Positions 41,201-50,851 of a DNA stretch of 64,000 nt are shown piece after piece. Numbering within the stretch: the first letter of the stretch is position 1; each line of letters opens with the position of its first letter. The translations under genes and the position numbers were made by a program. The notes beneath the pieces are model-generated. The model was given only the letters and a program-made list of their open reading frames with translations. It was not told where the DNA came from and did not search any database. Source of the DNA: Ascidiimonas meishanensis (GTDB taxonomy: Bacteria > Bacteroidota > Bacteroidia > Flavobacteriales > Flavobacteriaceae); NCBI RefSeq assembly GCF_037782385.1, contig NZ_JBBEXD010000003.1:230520-294519 (forward strand). Reading direction: 5' to 3'.

Positions 41201-41623
41201 TTAGTTTTTGAGTAAATTTTCAGCATTCTGGATGCTAGTATTTACTTTTTCTTTCATTGCTTCAACTTTTACTTCTTCTTCATTAAGCCATTCTTTCTTT
41301 TCATCATTTAAAGGCTTTCCTTTTAAAATTTCCTCATGGTCAAAACGTTCTCCAAAACCTTTCATCCAATCCATCATTGCCTTATGCGCATTTTGCAGAT
41401 CTTTCATTGCCTTTTCATAGTCGGCTCCTTTAATGCTATCACCAGTTTTTGATTTAAGTTCTTCTACTAGCTTACTAATTGTACCCATTTTAGGCATTAC
41501 TTCATCGTGAACCGCCATTACTTGTTGCATTTGGGTAGGTGAATCATTTTTTTTGTCATTTTCCTTTTTACAAGACACTAATGTAGTTAGCGCCACCAAT
41601 AGAAGTATAAAAAATCGTTTCAT
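41201..41623 (-). CDS. Hypothetical secreted/lipoprotein helical protein
   Basis: Start taken at MKRFFILLLVALTTLVSC (lipobox). Lys/Glu-rich helical remainder. Confidence 0.5.
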   Translation of the reverse strand: MKRFFILLLVALTTLVSCKKENDKKNDSPTQMQQVMAVHDEVMPKMGTISKLVEELKSKTGDSIKGADYEKAMKDLQNAHKAMMDWMKGFGERFDHEEILKGKPLNDEKKEWLNEEEVKVEAMKEKVNTSIQNAENLLKN

Positions 41624-41936
41624 GTAATTAATTTTTAATAATACAAAGATAACCTTCAATTCTGAAAAAGCCATTGCCAGATCTTTCAATAAAAAAGTTG
41701 GTTTAAAATTTGGGGTTTATTCAATTTGCCTGAGTTTGATACAAAAGAATTAGTTCTTATGTTGGATGTGTCCTTTTTCTGCAGAGTATTAGGCATTTTT
41801 TGTCATTTTTTTTGAAGCGTAAGTGAAAATTTAGGAAAACGAAGGCGGTTTTATGCTTTTCGACTAAAAATACCACATGAAATTGAAGATTCATTAATTC
41901 TTTAAAAGAAAATAGAAGTGACCTGAACTAAAAACG

Positions 41937-41972
41937 CTCCCGACTTCCTTCGGGATTCTTTTGTTTTCTTTG
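41937..41972 (+). terminator. Orphan intrinsic terminator in the long AT-rich spacer upstream of the LRR gene
   Basis: Stem TCCCGA/TCGGGA, loop cttcct, then ttcttttgttttcttt. No plus-strand CDS lies upstream of it. Confidence 0.6.
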
Positions 41973-42240
41973 AACGAGCAAAAAATCTAAAAATGAGACT
42001 TTTAACTTAAAATAGTTTAAAGAATTTAAAATTCTTTTATATTGATTGTCTATCAAACTGATGTTCATTACTTTTTTATGTCATTTTTTCATTTACGAAT
42101 ATTCCTTTAAAACAACCACATATATCAATTCATGAAGAAAAACATCAAGTATAGGTTATCTTAAAACAAACTTTTTAACTAAGAGAGATTATTAATTTTG
42201 ACTCATTCATATCCAACAAAACTCAATAAATAAAATGTAA

Positions 42241-44193
42241 ATGACTAACCAAGACCTTAAAAGAGAAGTAGATGAGAGAATGGCGGAAGCTAATAAGGAA
42301 GGTTACAAAGCACTTGATTTTAGCAATCTTGGGATAACCACGGAACAGATGAATAATTTAATTTTAGGTGATTCTAAAGTAACATCAGAGGGCCTTATGG
42401 CTTTTAAGCCTGAATCATTGGATTTATCAGGAAATGATATGCAAGAATTACCTATCACTATAGGTATGCTAGATAGTTTAGAAGATTTATCGGTTTCAGA
42501 TAATTCATTGAAAGAATTACCCCAGAGTATAGCCCTATTTACAAATCTTAAAGAGTTGATCTCTGAAAACAACCCTATTACATCTATTCCAGAAGCTGTA
42601 AGCGAAATGACTAGTCTTGAGGTATTGTACATGCCAAACAGCCAATTAGAAAAGCTTCCTGATCAAATTGCGCAATTACCAAATTTAAAAGAGATAAATG
42701 TAGCAGGGAGCAACATAACCGAGCTTCCAGAAGCTCTGGGTGAAATGCCTTCTTTAAGTGAGCTATCAGTACAAAATAATTTATTGGAAACGCTTCCTGA
42801 GAGTTTGGGGAATTCAGAAAGTATTCAAACTATCAATGTTTCTCAAAATGAATTAGTAAGTATACCCGATAGCTTTAGAAATCTAACTAATTTAGAATCC
42901 TTTAACTTATTGCAGAACGATTCACTTGTGCTTGAAGCAGGGAATCCTTTATTAACCTTCGACGAAGGCGTAGTGCTTTTTGAACATCCTGCATTTGAGC
43001 CTGGATATGATGAAACCGTTGTTTTACAAGAGATGTATGGAGAAAATGCAGAAGCGGTGGAATCACAGATTCAAAATTTGGATCCAAGTATTACATATCC
43101 ACTAGGTAATAGCGATTTGCCTCCTGCACCAGCTAGTGAGGTGATTGAAACTTTTTTGAAGCAAATCCCATCGTTTGATGAATTTGATCGTGAATTTTAT
43201 GTTCCTGCCGGAAAAGAACTAATAGATAACGCATTAGATCAAAATTCAACACTAGAAGAAAGAAATACAGCTATTTCTAACATAGCTTCTTCCTTGGGTA
43301 ATTGCCCAACACCCGTAAAAAGTCTTTTGTTGCAAACAGCAATTGGTATGAATGCAAATGCAGAAGGAGAGTTGCCAGAACAGCTTAAAACAGCTATTGA
43401 AAGAGAAGCTTTCGAGGAGAAAATAGTAGCTAAACTAGGGGATGAGTTAAGAGATAATGAAAAAATTGAACAAGTTCAAGCTTTAGTAAACAGTGTATTT
43501 TTGGAGAATGCAGAGCAAAGATCTAGTAATATTGTTAAAATAGCAGGTGATCGAGCACGCATACCGTCTAAAACATCAAATATAGAATTTGGATTCAAAC
43601 AAATAACGCCAGAAGCAGCCCAAAGCTTTGCTGCTTTGTGTTGTATAACGGATACTAATGACAAACCTTTACAAACCAACGATAAATATACACTAGACCC
43701 CGTTAAATATAAGGAAATAACCGAGCCTTACTTGGCTAAAATAGGAGTAGTAAGCGAAGTTGAAAATTTGGTGGGTAAATTTGAAAGTGAAATGCAAAAC
43801 CTTTTACTAGATAATATGGATTTGTTAACGGATCACATGAATAATAATGATGTAAATGCATTGTTAAATACTACTCAGCAAAAAAATGATTTAAGAAAGG
43901 AGTTATATAAAGCCCCTAAAGAAGGACTTCCAAAAGTATATGATACTTTTTTGGCTCAGAAAAAATCAGAAATGAAAACGGTGTCAGAAAAATATACTCT
44001 AGCAGAAGCTAAGCCAGAACAAATTTTGCTACAATCCATAGAAAATACTCTTAATCTTAATATGTTCAAGGTAGCACAACCTACAAAAATGGCCGATACC
44101 AAAGGAAATACCGGTATTCTTAAAAAAAACAGCGTAGGCAAGGGGAGCACTCAAAAAAGAGAATCCACCAAGAAATCTGGAAAAACTTTATAG
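42241..44193 (+). CDS. Eukaryote-like leucine-rich-repeat protein (at least seven 23-aa LRRs, no signal peptide) with a ~400-aa C-terminal region of unknown function
   Basis: Repeats fit LxxLxxLxLxxNxLxxLPxxIxxLxxL, e.g. LSVSDNSLKELPQSIALFTNLKE and LYMPNSQLEKLPDQIAQLPNLKE. Lys/Ser-rich tail. Confidence 0.85.
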   Translation: MTNQDLKREVDERMAEANKEGYKALDFSNLGITTEQMNNLILGDSKVTSEGLMAFKPESLDLSGNDMQELPITIGMLDSLEDLSVSDNSLKELPQSIALFTNLKELISENNPITSIPEAVSEMTSLEVLYMPNSQLEKLPDQIAQLPNLKEINVAGSNITELPEALGEMPSLSELSVQNNLLETLPESLGNSESIQTINVSQNELVSIPDSFRNLTNLESFNLLQNDSLVLEAGNPLLTFDEGVVLFEHPAFEPGYDETVVLQEMYGENAEAVESQIQNLDPSITYPLGNSDLPPAPASEVIETFLKQIPSFDEFDREFYVPAGKELIDNALDQNSTLEERNTAISNIASSLGNCPTPVKSLLLQTAIGMNANAEGELPEQLKTAIEREAFEEKIVAKLGDELRDNEKIEQVQALVNSVFLENAEQRSSNIVKIAGDRARIPSKTSNIEFGFKQITPEAAQSFAALCCITDTNDKPLQTNDKYTLDPVKYKEITEPYLAKIGVVSEVENLVGKFESEMQNLLLDNMDLLTDHMNNNDVNALLNTTQQKNDLRKELYKAPKEGLPKVYDTFLAQKKSEMKTVSEKYTLAEAKPEQILLQSIENTLNLNMFKVAQPTKMADTKGNTGILKKNSVGKGSTQKRESTKKSGKTL

Positions 44194-44571
44194 TCTAATT
44201 GACTTCTTTGGACATAAGATTTGATGTAAACCTAATACAACGTGAGTTCGACGTAAATAGGAATTAAAATTGAGTCCGAAATTGTCTTTTCTTTTGGTTT
44301 CCCACGCCGCCTGGCTGCTTCACTAAAAACAGCTACTAGTTGTTTTCTTTACGTTGGCCCCTAGACAAGCAAAGAAAATGAACATAAGTAACTTATATAT
44401 AACAACTTTAATAATTCAAAGCCCCTATTTAGGATTAAAATATAAAACTGAAATTAGATAGAACTCACGCTAATACAGTTAAATTAGTGTAATTTAAAGA
44501 TTTATATTGTTTATAATGGTATTAGAAAATGGTATGATATAATTGTCTCAGCGATATTAAATGGCAGATTT

Positions 44572-45465
44572 TTGTATTACATTTTAGGTTTTATGAACAA
44601 TCAAGGCAATAAATGGTTTTACCTTTTGGCACTCTCTTTTATTTGGGGAAGTTCATTTATACTTATTAAAAAGGCATTGGTAGGTCTTTCTCCATTTCAA
44701 ATGGGTGCCCTTAGAATTATTTTCACAGCTTTTTTTCTATTCGCTGTAGGTTTTAAAAGCGTTAAACAAGTTCAAAAGTCGGATTGGAAATGGATTGCCT
44801 TGACAGCTCTGGCTGGATCATTTTTACCGCCTTTCTTTTTTGCTTTTGCCCAAACGGAGATTGATAGTGCTATTGCCGCAATTCTTAATTCTTTAACTCC
44901 CCTTAATACAATTGTCACAGGGGTGTTATTATTTGGAGTGGTAAGTTTTAGAAGACAATGGTTGGGTATTATTATTGGACTTATAGGGACTTCCATTCTC
45001 ATATTAAAAGGCGCAACATTTAATCCAGATCAAAATTATTGGTATAGTTTACTGGTTTTGGCTTCTTCTCTTTGTTATGCTCTCAATATAAATATGCTAA
45101 AAAAGTATCTGCAACATTTAAGTCCTTTAAGTATAGCAACCGCTAATTTCACTATAATCCTTATCCCTGCGATTGCAATACTTTACAGTACTGGTTTTTT
45201 TGAAGTCATCTTTGCTTCCAGTACCATGCAAAAATCACTTGTTTATGTAGTTTTATTATCTCTTTTTGGAACTGCTTTAGCCAAAGTGTTATTTAATAAA
45301 TTAATTAGTATATCAAATCCTGTTTTTGCAGCTTCGGTAACTTATACTATGCCCATTATGGCTATTTTTTGGGGGATATTAGATGGAGAATCTCTGAGTT
45401 TTCTTCAATTGTTAGGAGGGGTGATTATTCTTGCAGGGGTTTATTTGGCAAACAGAAGCGCATAA
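44572..45465 (+). CDS. EamA/DMT-family transporter
   Basis: Ten TM helices and two EamA repeats. The start may be Met9. Confidence 0.8.
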   Translation: MYYILGFMNNQGNKWFYLLALSFIWGSSFILIKKALVGLSPFQMGALRIIFTAFFLFAVGFKSVKQVQKSDWKWIALTALAGSFLPPFFFAFAQTEIDSAIAAILNSLTPLNTIVTGVLLFGVVSFRRQWLGIIIGLIGTSILILKGATFNPDQNYWYSLLVLASSLCYALNINMLKKYLQHLSPLSIATANFTIILIPAIAILYSTGFFEVIFASSTMQKSLVYVVLLSLFGTALAKVLFNKLISISNPVFAASVTYTMPIMAIFWGILDGESLSFLQLLGGVIILAGVYLANRSA

Positions 45466-45492
45466 AAAAAGCACCTTTTTAGGGTGCTTTAA
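45464..45492. terminator. Bidirectional terminator between the EamA gene and the M16 operon
   Basis: aaaaaaagcacc-ttttt-agggtgcttt. Confidence 0.65.
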
Positions 45493-45515
45493 TTATTTTT
45501 TATGTGATACTGTTG

Positions 45516-47582
45516 TTATTTAAAATCTGCTTCTGAAACTCCTTCATTAACTTTTAGTTCTTTTACTTCAAAATCAATACTTTGTGGCCCAAAAGACTGG
45601 CTAAGTGTAAAAGGAAAAAGAATACCAGATACTTCCTTATAGTTTTTAATACCCAAAGCTTGTTTCATGCTTTGTCCTTGTCCTTCAACGGTAGTTACAG
45701 ACTTTACCTTTAATCCAGATTCTAAATCGTAATAATTTACTTTTTTGTCTGATACTTTAATGGCATACGCTTTTTTACCATCTATATCTTCAATGCCTTC
45801 TAATTTTACATTTTCATTCGTAAGATAGATCAATTCAGGAAAGGGTACAGATTCTGCTTTCAAACCTGCTATTTGATCTGCCGGAAGTTCTCTTTTCTGC
45901 CCTTGAGCAACCATAAAACCGCCATCGCCATCAAATACCTGTTTCATCATAGACCCTCCATTCATCTTCATATCCATAGAAAACTGATTTTCCTTAGTTG
46001 TTTTCATTTCTAAATTCAATACCATCCCCTGCATAGAACCTTCTGCATTAATATATACTGAGTTCACAGCTTGTAACTTTTCTGCCCCTCCAATAGCATC
46101 TATATACTTTTGTAAAATAGTGGTTGTTGTAGTTCCCTCTGGAATACCAGCACTATAATCTGGTTTTTCGGTAGCTTTTGCATATTTATCATAATATGAA
46201 AGAGGAATCTTTTTACCATTAAAGCTAAAGTTTTCAAGTTTTTCTATGACATCGCTTCCTTTCCCAGTAACAACAATTCTAGCATTATTAGCTTTGAAAT
46301 ACTTCTGAGCTGCTTTTTGTACCTGCTCTGCGGTTACAGCATTTATATTTTGTAGATAAGACGTATAAAAATCCTTTGGAAGATTGTCAGTTTCAATAGC
46401 AAGAGCATATCTTGCAATAGTTTCTGGTTTTTCTAAAGCCATAATAAAGTTCCCGGTATAGTCTGCCTTAGCTAACACCAAATCTTGGGTAGAAACTTTT
46501 TGATCTCTAATTTTATTAATCTCTTCTAAAAATGCCATAACTGCACTATCAGTTACTTCATTTCTTACGCTCGCAAATGCTCTAAATCTTGCCGCATACT
46601 TATCTGAACTAAGGCGTGAATAAGCTCCATAAGTAAAACCTTTATCTTCTCTTAGATTGGAGAAAAGCATTCCTTTAGAACCACCCCCTAAGATATTGTT
46701 AGCAATTAATGCAGGAAAATAATCCTCATCTGTCTTTTTTAAATCTACCACATTCTGCACCGTTATTTCAGATTGTACAGCATTTGGCATATCAACAAAA
46801 TTGAGTTGAGTATATTGAACGGGTGCTGGCTTTGAATACGATACGGTTAGGGGGCTGGCAGCTTTCCATTCGCTAAAATATTTGGTGACATTTTTTCTAA
46901 GCTCTTTATAGTCAATATCTCCAACCACCACTAAGTATGCGTTTTTAGGTACAAAGAAGTTGCTATAATGATTTTTAACATCGTTCAATTTTACATTTCC
47001 AACCGTCTCACGAGTTGTAAACTCCCCATAAGGATGTCCTTGGCCATATGCAAGAGCAGATTCTACTCTGCGAGCTGCGCTGGTAACACTTTTCTCATTA
47101 GATTTAATACTTTCTAAGAGTTTATCTTTTTCTTTTTGGAATTCTTCATCGGTGAAATTAGGATTAATAGCAGCATCTGCCATTAACTGAAGAATTCTTT
47201 CAGAATACTTGGATAAACCTCTGGCAAAACCTCCTGAAGAGTTAAAACTCATACGAGCTCCCATATAATCAACCTCTTCTTCAAAAGTGTCTTTATCTAT
47301 TGTTAAAGAACCTTTCCCAAGAAGGCTCCCCATAAGACCAGAAACACCTGCTTTGGAACCTTCAGCATAAGGTGGATTATCAATAGTTAGTGTATAAGCT
47401 ACACGGGGTAGTTTATGATTTTCAACCAGTAGAACTTTTAAACCATTTGGAAGCTCAAAAGTTTGTGGGTTTCCTAATTTAATTTTAGGGGCAGGACCTG
47501 CTTTTGGTTGTTTTGATCTGTCAACCTGTGCGTTAATCGTAAATGCGCACAGTATTAGTAGGGTAAATAAAATTCTTTTCAT
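45516..47582 (-). CDS. M16-family peptidase, non-catalytic partner (no HxxEH) with extra C-terminal domain
   Basis: Signal peptide and M16 fold blocks but no zinc motif. Immediately downstream of an active M16 gene. Confidence 0.75.
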   Translation of the reverse strand: MKRILFTLLILCAFTINAQVDRSKQPKAGPAPKIKLGNPQTFELPNGLKVLLVENHKLPRVAYTLTIDNPPYAEGSKAGVSGLMGSLLGKGSLTIDKDTFEEEVDYMGARMSFNSSGGFARGLSKYSERILQLMADAAINPNFTDEEFQKEKDKLLESIKSNEKSVTSAARRVESALAYGQGHPYGEFTTRETVGNVKLNDVKNHYSNFFVPKNAYLVVVGDIDYKELRKNVTKYFSEWKAASPLTVSYSKPAPVQYTQLNFVDMPNAVQSEITVQNVVDLKKTDEDYFPALIANNILGGGSKGMLFSNLREDKGFTYGAYSRLSSDKYAARFRAFASVRNEVTDSAVMAFLEEINKIRDQKVSTQDLVLAKADYTGNFIMALEKPETIARYALAIETDNLPKDFYTSYLQNINAVTAEQVQKAAQKYFKANNARIVVTGKGSDVIEKLENFSFNGKKIPLSYYDKYAKATEKPDYSAGIPEGTTTTTILQKYIDAIGGAEKLQAVNSVYINAEGSMQGMVLNLEMKTTKENQFSMDMKMNGGSMMKQVFDGDGGFMVAQGQKRELPADQIAGLKAESVPFPELIYLTNENVKLEGIEDIDGKKAYAIKVSDKKVNYYDLESGLKVKSVTTVEGQGQSMKQALGIKNYKEVSGILFPFTLSQSFGPQSIDFEVKELKVNEGVSEADFK

Positions 47583-47588
47583 TATTTC

Positions 47589-48911
47589 TTACTGATTTTC
47601 TTGTTCTTTTGGAAGATACTCAAGCAACATTCTTTGATTCTTCTTCAGGTATTTATTAGCTACTTCTTTAATTTCTTCACGAGTAACTGATCTATAAATG
47701 TCAATTTCACTGTTGATTAAATTTGTATTACCATATAATAAGTAATAATTAGCAAGTGAACCGGCAATACCTTCTAATCCAGAATTTGCATTTACAAATT
47801 GATTCTCGAATTGATTTTGTAGTTTTTCAAAATCTCGTTCTGAAATAAGCGCTGTCTGTAATTTTTCAATTTCTTTGTCAATTCCTTTTACTAGATCATC
47901 CAATGAAGTCTCTCCAAGAGGAAGCGCAAATATCGCAGAAAGTCCATAATCTTCCTGACTAAAATTAAAAGCCTGTACTGCGAGTGCTTTCTTTTCTTCA
48001 TCTACTAATCTCTTGTAGAGTTTAGAGCTATTACCTCCGCTTAAATAAGATGAAATCATATCTAGTATTCTAGCGTCTCTTGATTTGAATGATGGTGTTC
48101 TATACGTTACAAGTATCGCTGGAATTTGAATGTTAGCATCATAAGCTTTTACAGTAAATTCTTCTGTAATAGGTTCTTCTTTAGGGTAGTTTCTAACAAT
48201 AGGCTCGCCTTTTGGAATTTCTCCAAAATAAGTTTCAATTAGTTTTTTCGCTTCCTTAGTTTTAAAATCACCGGCTATAACAAGTACTGCATTGTTAGGG
48301 ATATAGAATTTTTTATTGAAAGCTAAAAATTCATCAAGTGTGGCAGCATCTAAATGCTCCATAGAACCAATAGGGCTCCATCTGTATGGATGTTTTTTGA
48401 AAAGTCCTTTTTTAAGTTCTTCAAAAATTTTACCATAGGGCCTGTTATCTACACGAAGTCTTTTCTCTTCTTTTACAACTTCGTTTTGTGTGTCTACACC
48501 CACCTGAGTAATTTCTGGATGTAACAGCCTTTCAGATTCTAACCAAAGACCAGTTTCAAGGGAGTTTGATGGAAAAACTTCGTAATAGTACGTGCGGTCA
48601 TCGTTAGTTGTTGCATTATTTTTTCCACCATTAGATTTTACTATTTTATCCCATTCGCCACGTTCAATGTTTTTTGTTCCTTCAAACAAAAGATGCTCAA
48701 AGAAATGAGCAAAGCCTGTTCTTTCAGGATTTTCATCTTTAGCGCCTACATGATAAGCGATGGAGGTAACAACAAGGGGAGCAGAATTATCTTGATGAAG
48801 AATTACGTGTAATCCATTTTCAAGATCATATTCTTCAAATGATACCTGTTGAGAATTGGCATTAAATATTGCCAAAAACAGCAGAGTAAGGATTAAAAAT
48901 TGTTTTTTCAT
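47589..48911 (-). CDS. M16-family zinc peptidase (pitrilysin-like, active)
   Basis: HFFEHLLFEG inverted zinc-binding motif HxxEH. Signal peptide. Confidence 0.85.
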   Translation of the reverse strand: MKKQFLILTLLFLAIFNANSQQVSFEEYDLENGLHVILHQDNSAPLVVTSIAYHVGAKDENPERTGFAHFFEHLLFEGTKNIERGEWDKIVKSNGGKNNATTNDDRTYYYEVFPSNSLETGLWLESERLLHPEITQVGVDTQNEVVKEEKRLRVDNRPYGKIFEELKKGLFKKHPYRWSPIGSMEHLDAATLDEFLAFNKKFYIPNNAVLVIAGDFKTKEAKKLIETYFGEIPKGEPIVRNYPKEEPITEEFTVKAYDANIQIPAILVTYRTPSFKSRDARILDMISSYLSGGNSSKLYKRLVDEEKKALAVQAFNFSQEDYGLSAIFALPLGETSLDDLVKGIDKEIEKLQTALISERDFEKLQNQFENQFVNANSGLEGIAGSLANYYLLYGNTNLINSEIDIYRSVTREEIKEVANKYLKKNQRMLLEYLPKEQENQ

Positions 48912-49129
48912 TACAATGTTTTAAATTATAGTTATTGTTAATTGTGATTAATTAGACAATCAAAGGATGATTTTGTTACAAACTTCTTTGAAATCATGAT
49001 TTCAAAAGTAAGTAATTAGCATTTCAAAACTTTGATCTGTCTAAAAATTAACTGTTTATTAAGGATTCGGATGGTGTTTTTTTGCTATATTATGAGGAGT
49101 GATCTGTTAACAAAAAATCAACTTTTATT

Positions 49130-49594
49130 ATGAATGCTAAAAAAATACATATTCGTTACGGTATTATAGTAGCGATTGTTTTAATATTTTACTTTTTGTT
49201 TGTTAGATTATTTAATCTGCACGAAAATCCTTGGTTACGTTTGCTTAACGGGGGTATAGTTGCTTACGGAATTTATGCTGCTATTAGATTGAGACGTTTA
49301 CTAGAAGGAAAGGAATTTAAATATTTCAACGGTTTTAAAACCGGATTGTACACAGGTTTTCTTGCTACCTTGATTTTTGTAGGTTTTATGTCTATATATA
49401 TGTTTCATTTAGATCCTGAATTTCCTATACGGATTATGGATACATGGATGAAAGATTATAATCAAGGGCCAGGTATACTAATTTTTGTATTAACTATTGA
49501 AGGACTTGCTTCTTCATTAGTTCTTACACTAGCTTTTATGCAAAAATTTAAACCTAGCTGGAATACCACAAAAAAACCAATCATAGAAACCTAA
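49130..49594 (+). CDS. Hypothetical membrane protein (DUF4199-like)
   Basis: Four TM helices. Common small Bacteroidota membrane family. Family assignment from memory only. Confidence 0.4.
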   Translation: MNAKKIHIRYGIIVAIVLIFYFLFVRLFNLHENPWLRLLNGGIVAYGIYAAIRLRRLLEGKEFKYFNGFKTGLYTGFLATLIFVGFMSIYMFHLDPEFPIRIMDTWMKDYNQGPGILIFVLTIEGLASSLVLTLAFMQKFKPSWNTTKKPIIET

Positions 49595-49679
49595 GATTAA
49601 ATAAAAATTACAAATTTGAGAAGCCTATTTTCACTAAAGAGATGACACCAATATTTTCTTAATTTTGAAATGTAAAACG

Positions 49680-49710
49680 TTTGTATTTTAAGCAAGAAGC
49701 ACTATATTTG
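49680..49710 (+). promoter_or_regulatory. Bacteroidota sigma-A type promoter for rplU-rpmA (-33 TTTG, -7 TATATTTG)
   Basis: TTTG at 49680-49683 and TAnnTTTG (TATATTTG) at 49703-49710, 19 nt apart, about 50 nt upstream of the rplU ATG. Confidence 0.55.
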
Positions 49711-49759
49711 CACCCGCCTTTTTAATGGAAAGGTATAATATTTAATTAATTAGAAAGCT

Positions 49760-50452
49760 ATGTACGCAATTGTAGAGATAGCAGGGCAGCAATTTAAAGT
49801 GCAAAAAGACCAAAAGGTTTATGTGCATCGTTTAGCTGAAGATGAAGGAAAAAAAGTCACTTTTGACAATGTTCTTTTATTGGATGATAGCGGTAACATT
49901 ACCATAGGCGCCCCAGCTATAGACGGAGCTTCTGTTGAAGCTAAAGTCATTAAGCACCTGAAAGGTGACAAGGTTATTGTTTTTAAGAAGAAAAGAAGAA
50001 AAGGTTACAAAGTCAAGAATGGCCACAGACAATCTTTTAGTGAAATTACTATTGAAAACATTATCACTTCTGGAACTAAGAAGACAGCTAAAAAAGCAAC
50101 TCCTAAAAAAGAAGTGAATCCAGTTCCTCAGCCAAAACCGGAAAAAGTAGCGGCTCAGAAAAAAGAGGCAAAAAAACCAGCAGCTAAGAAAGTTGCAGGA
50201 GATGATTTGAAGAAGATAGAGGGTATAGGACCAAAGATTGCTGAAATTTTCAACAATGCAGGCATCGTATCTTTTGTGGATCTAGCAGGAACTTCTATAG
50301 ACAAGTTAAAAAGTATTTTAGAAGAAGCAGGTCCAAGATATGCATCTAAAGTTCCAGATACATGGCCTCAACAAGCGCAGTTGGCAGCAGATGGAAAATG
50401 GGATGAATTGGCTAAATTGCAAGATGACCTTAAAGGCGGTATAGCCAAATAA
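49760..50452 (+). CDS. rplU: 50S ribosomal protein bL21 fused to a C-terminal Lys/Ala/Pro-rich linker and helix-hairpin-helix domain
   Basis: N-terminal ~100 aa is canonical L21 (MYAIVEIAGQQFKV...). Then KKTAKKATPKKEVNPVPQPKPEKVAAQKKEAKKPAAKK, then LKKIEGIGPKIAEIFNNAGIVSFVDLA (HhH). Confidence 0.85.
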   Translation: MYAIVEIAGQQFKVQKDQKVYVHRLAEDEGKKVTFDNVLLLDDSGNITIGAPAIDGASVEAKVIKHLKGDKVIVFKKKRRKGYKVKNGHRQSFSEITIENIITSGTKKTAKKATPKKEVNPVPQPKPEKVAAQKKEAKKPAAKKVAGDDLKKIEGIGPKIAEIFNNAGIVSFVDLAGTSIDKLKSILEEAGPRYASKVPDTWPQQAQLAADGKWDELAKLQDDLKGGIAK

Positions 50453-50497
50453 ATTGTTTAACCCGTAGTTACTAGTAAGTACGTAAATTAAAATAAA

Positions 50498-50758
50498 ATG
50501 GCACACAAGAAAGGTGTTGGTAGTTCCAAAAACGGTAGAGAATCAGAATCGAAACGCTTAGGTGTTAAGATTTTTGGTGGTCAAGCTGCCATTGCAGGAA
50601 ATATCATCGTAAGACAACGTGGTACCTCTCATAACCCAGGTGAAAATGTTTATATGGGCAAAGACCATACGCTTCATGCTCAGGTTGACGGTATCGTGAA
50701 ATTTCAAAAGAAAAGAAACAATAAATCATATGTATCAATAGAGCCTTTTCAGGCTTAG
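50498..50758 (+). CDS. rpmA: 50S ribosomal protein bL27
   Basis: [24 protein letters not shown] is a canonical L27 N-terminus. Confidence 0.95.
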   Translation: MAHKKGVGSSKNGRESESKRLGVKIFGGQAAIAGNIIVRQRGTSHNPGENVYMGKDHTLHAQVDGIVKFQKKRNNKSYVSIEPFQA

Positions 50759-50851
50759 TGAAAATTGATTTATAAATTTATTAAAAATCCTTTGTAATTG
50801 AGTACAAAGGATTTTTCTTTTTAAGAAATTCTACTCTAGATTAGGAACTCT

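Noticed and set aside
44236-44260. GTGAGTTCGACG resembling a tRNA T-arm (GGTTCGA), considered as a tRNA fragment or att site
   Set aside because: No acceptor stem, anticodon arm or CCA context can be built around it. It is kept only as part of the flanking-repeat observation.
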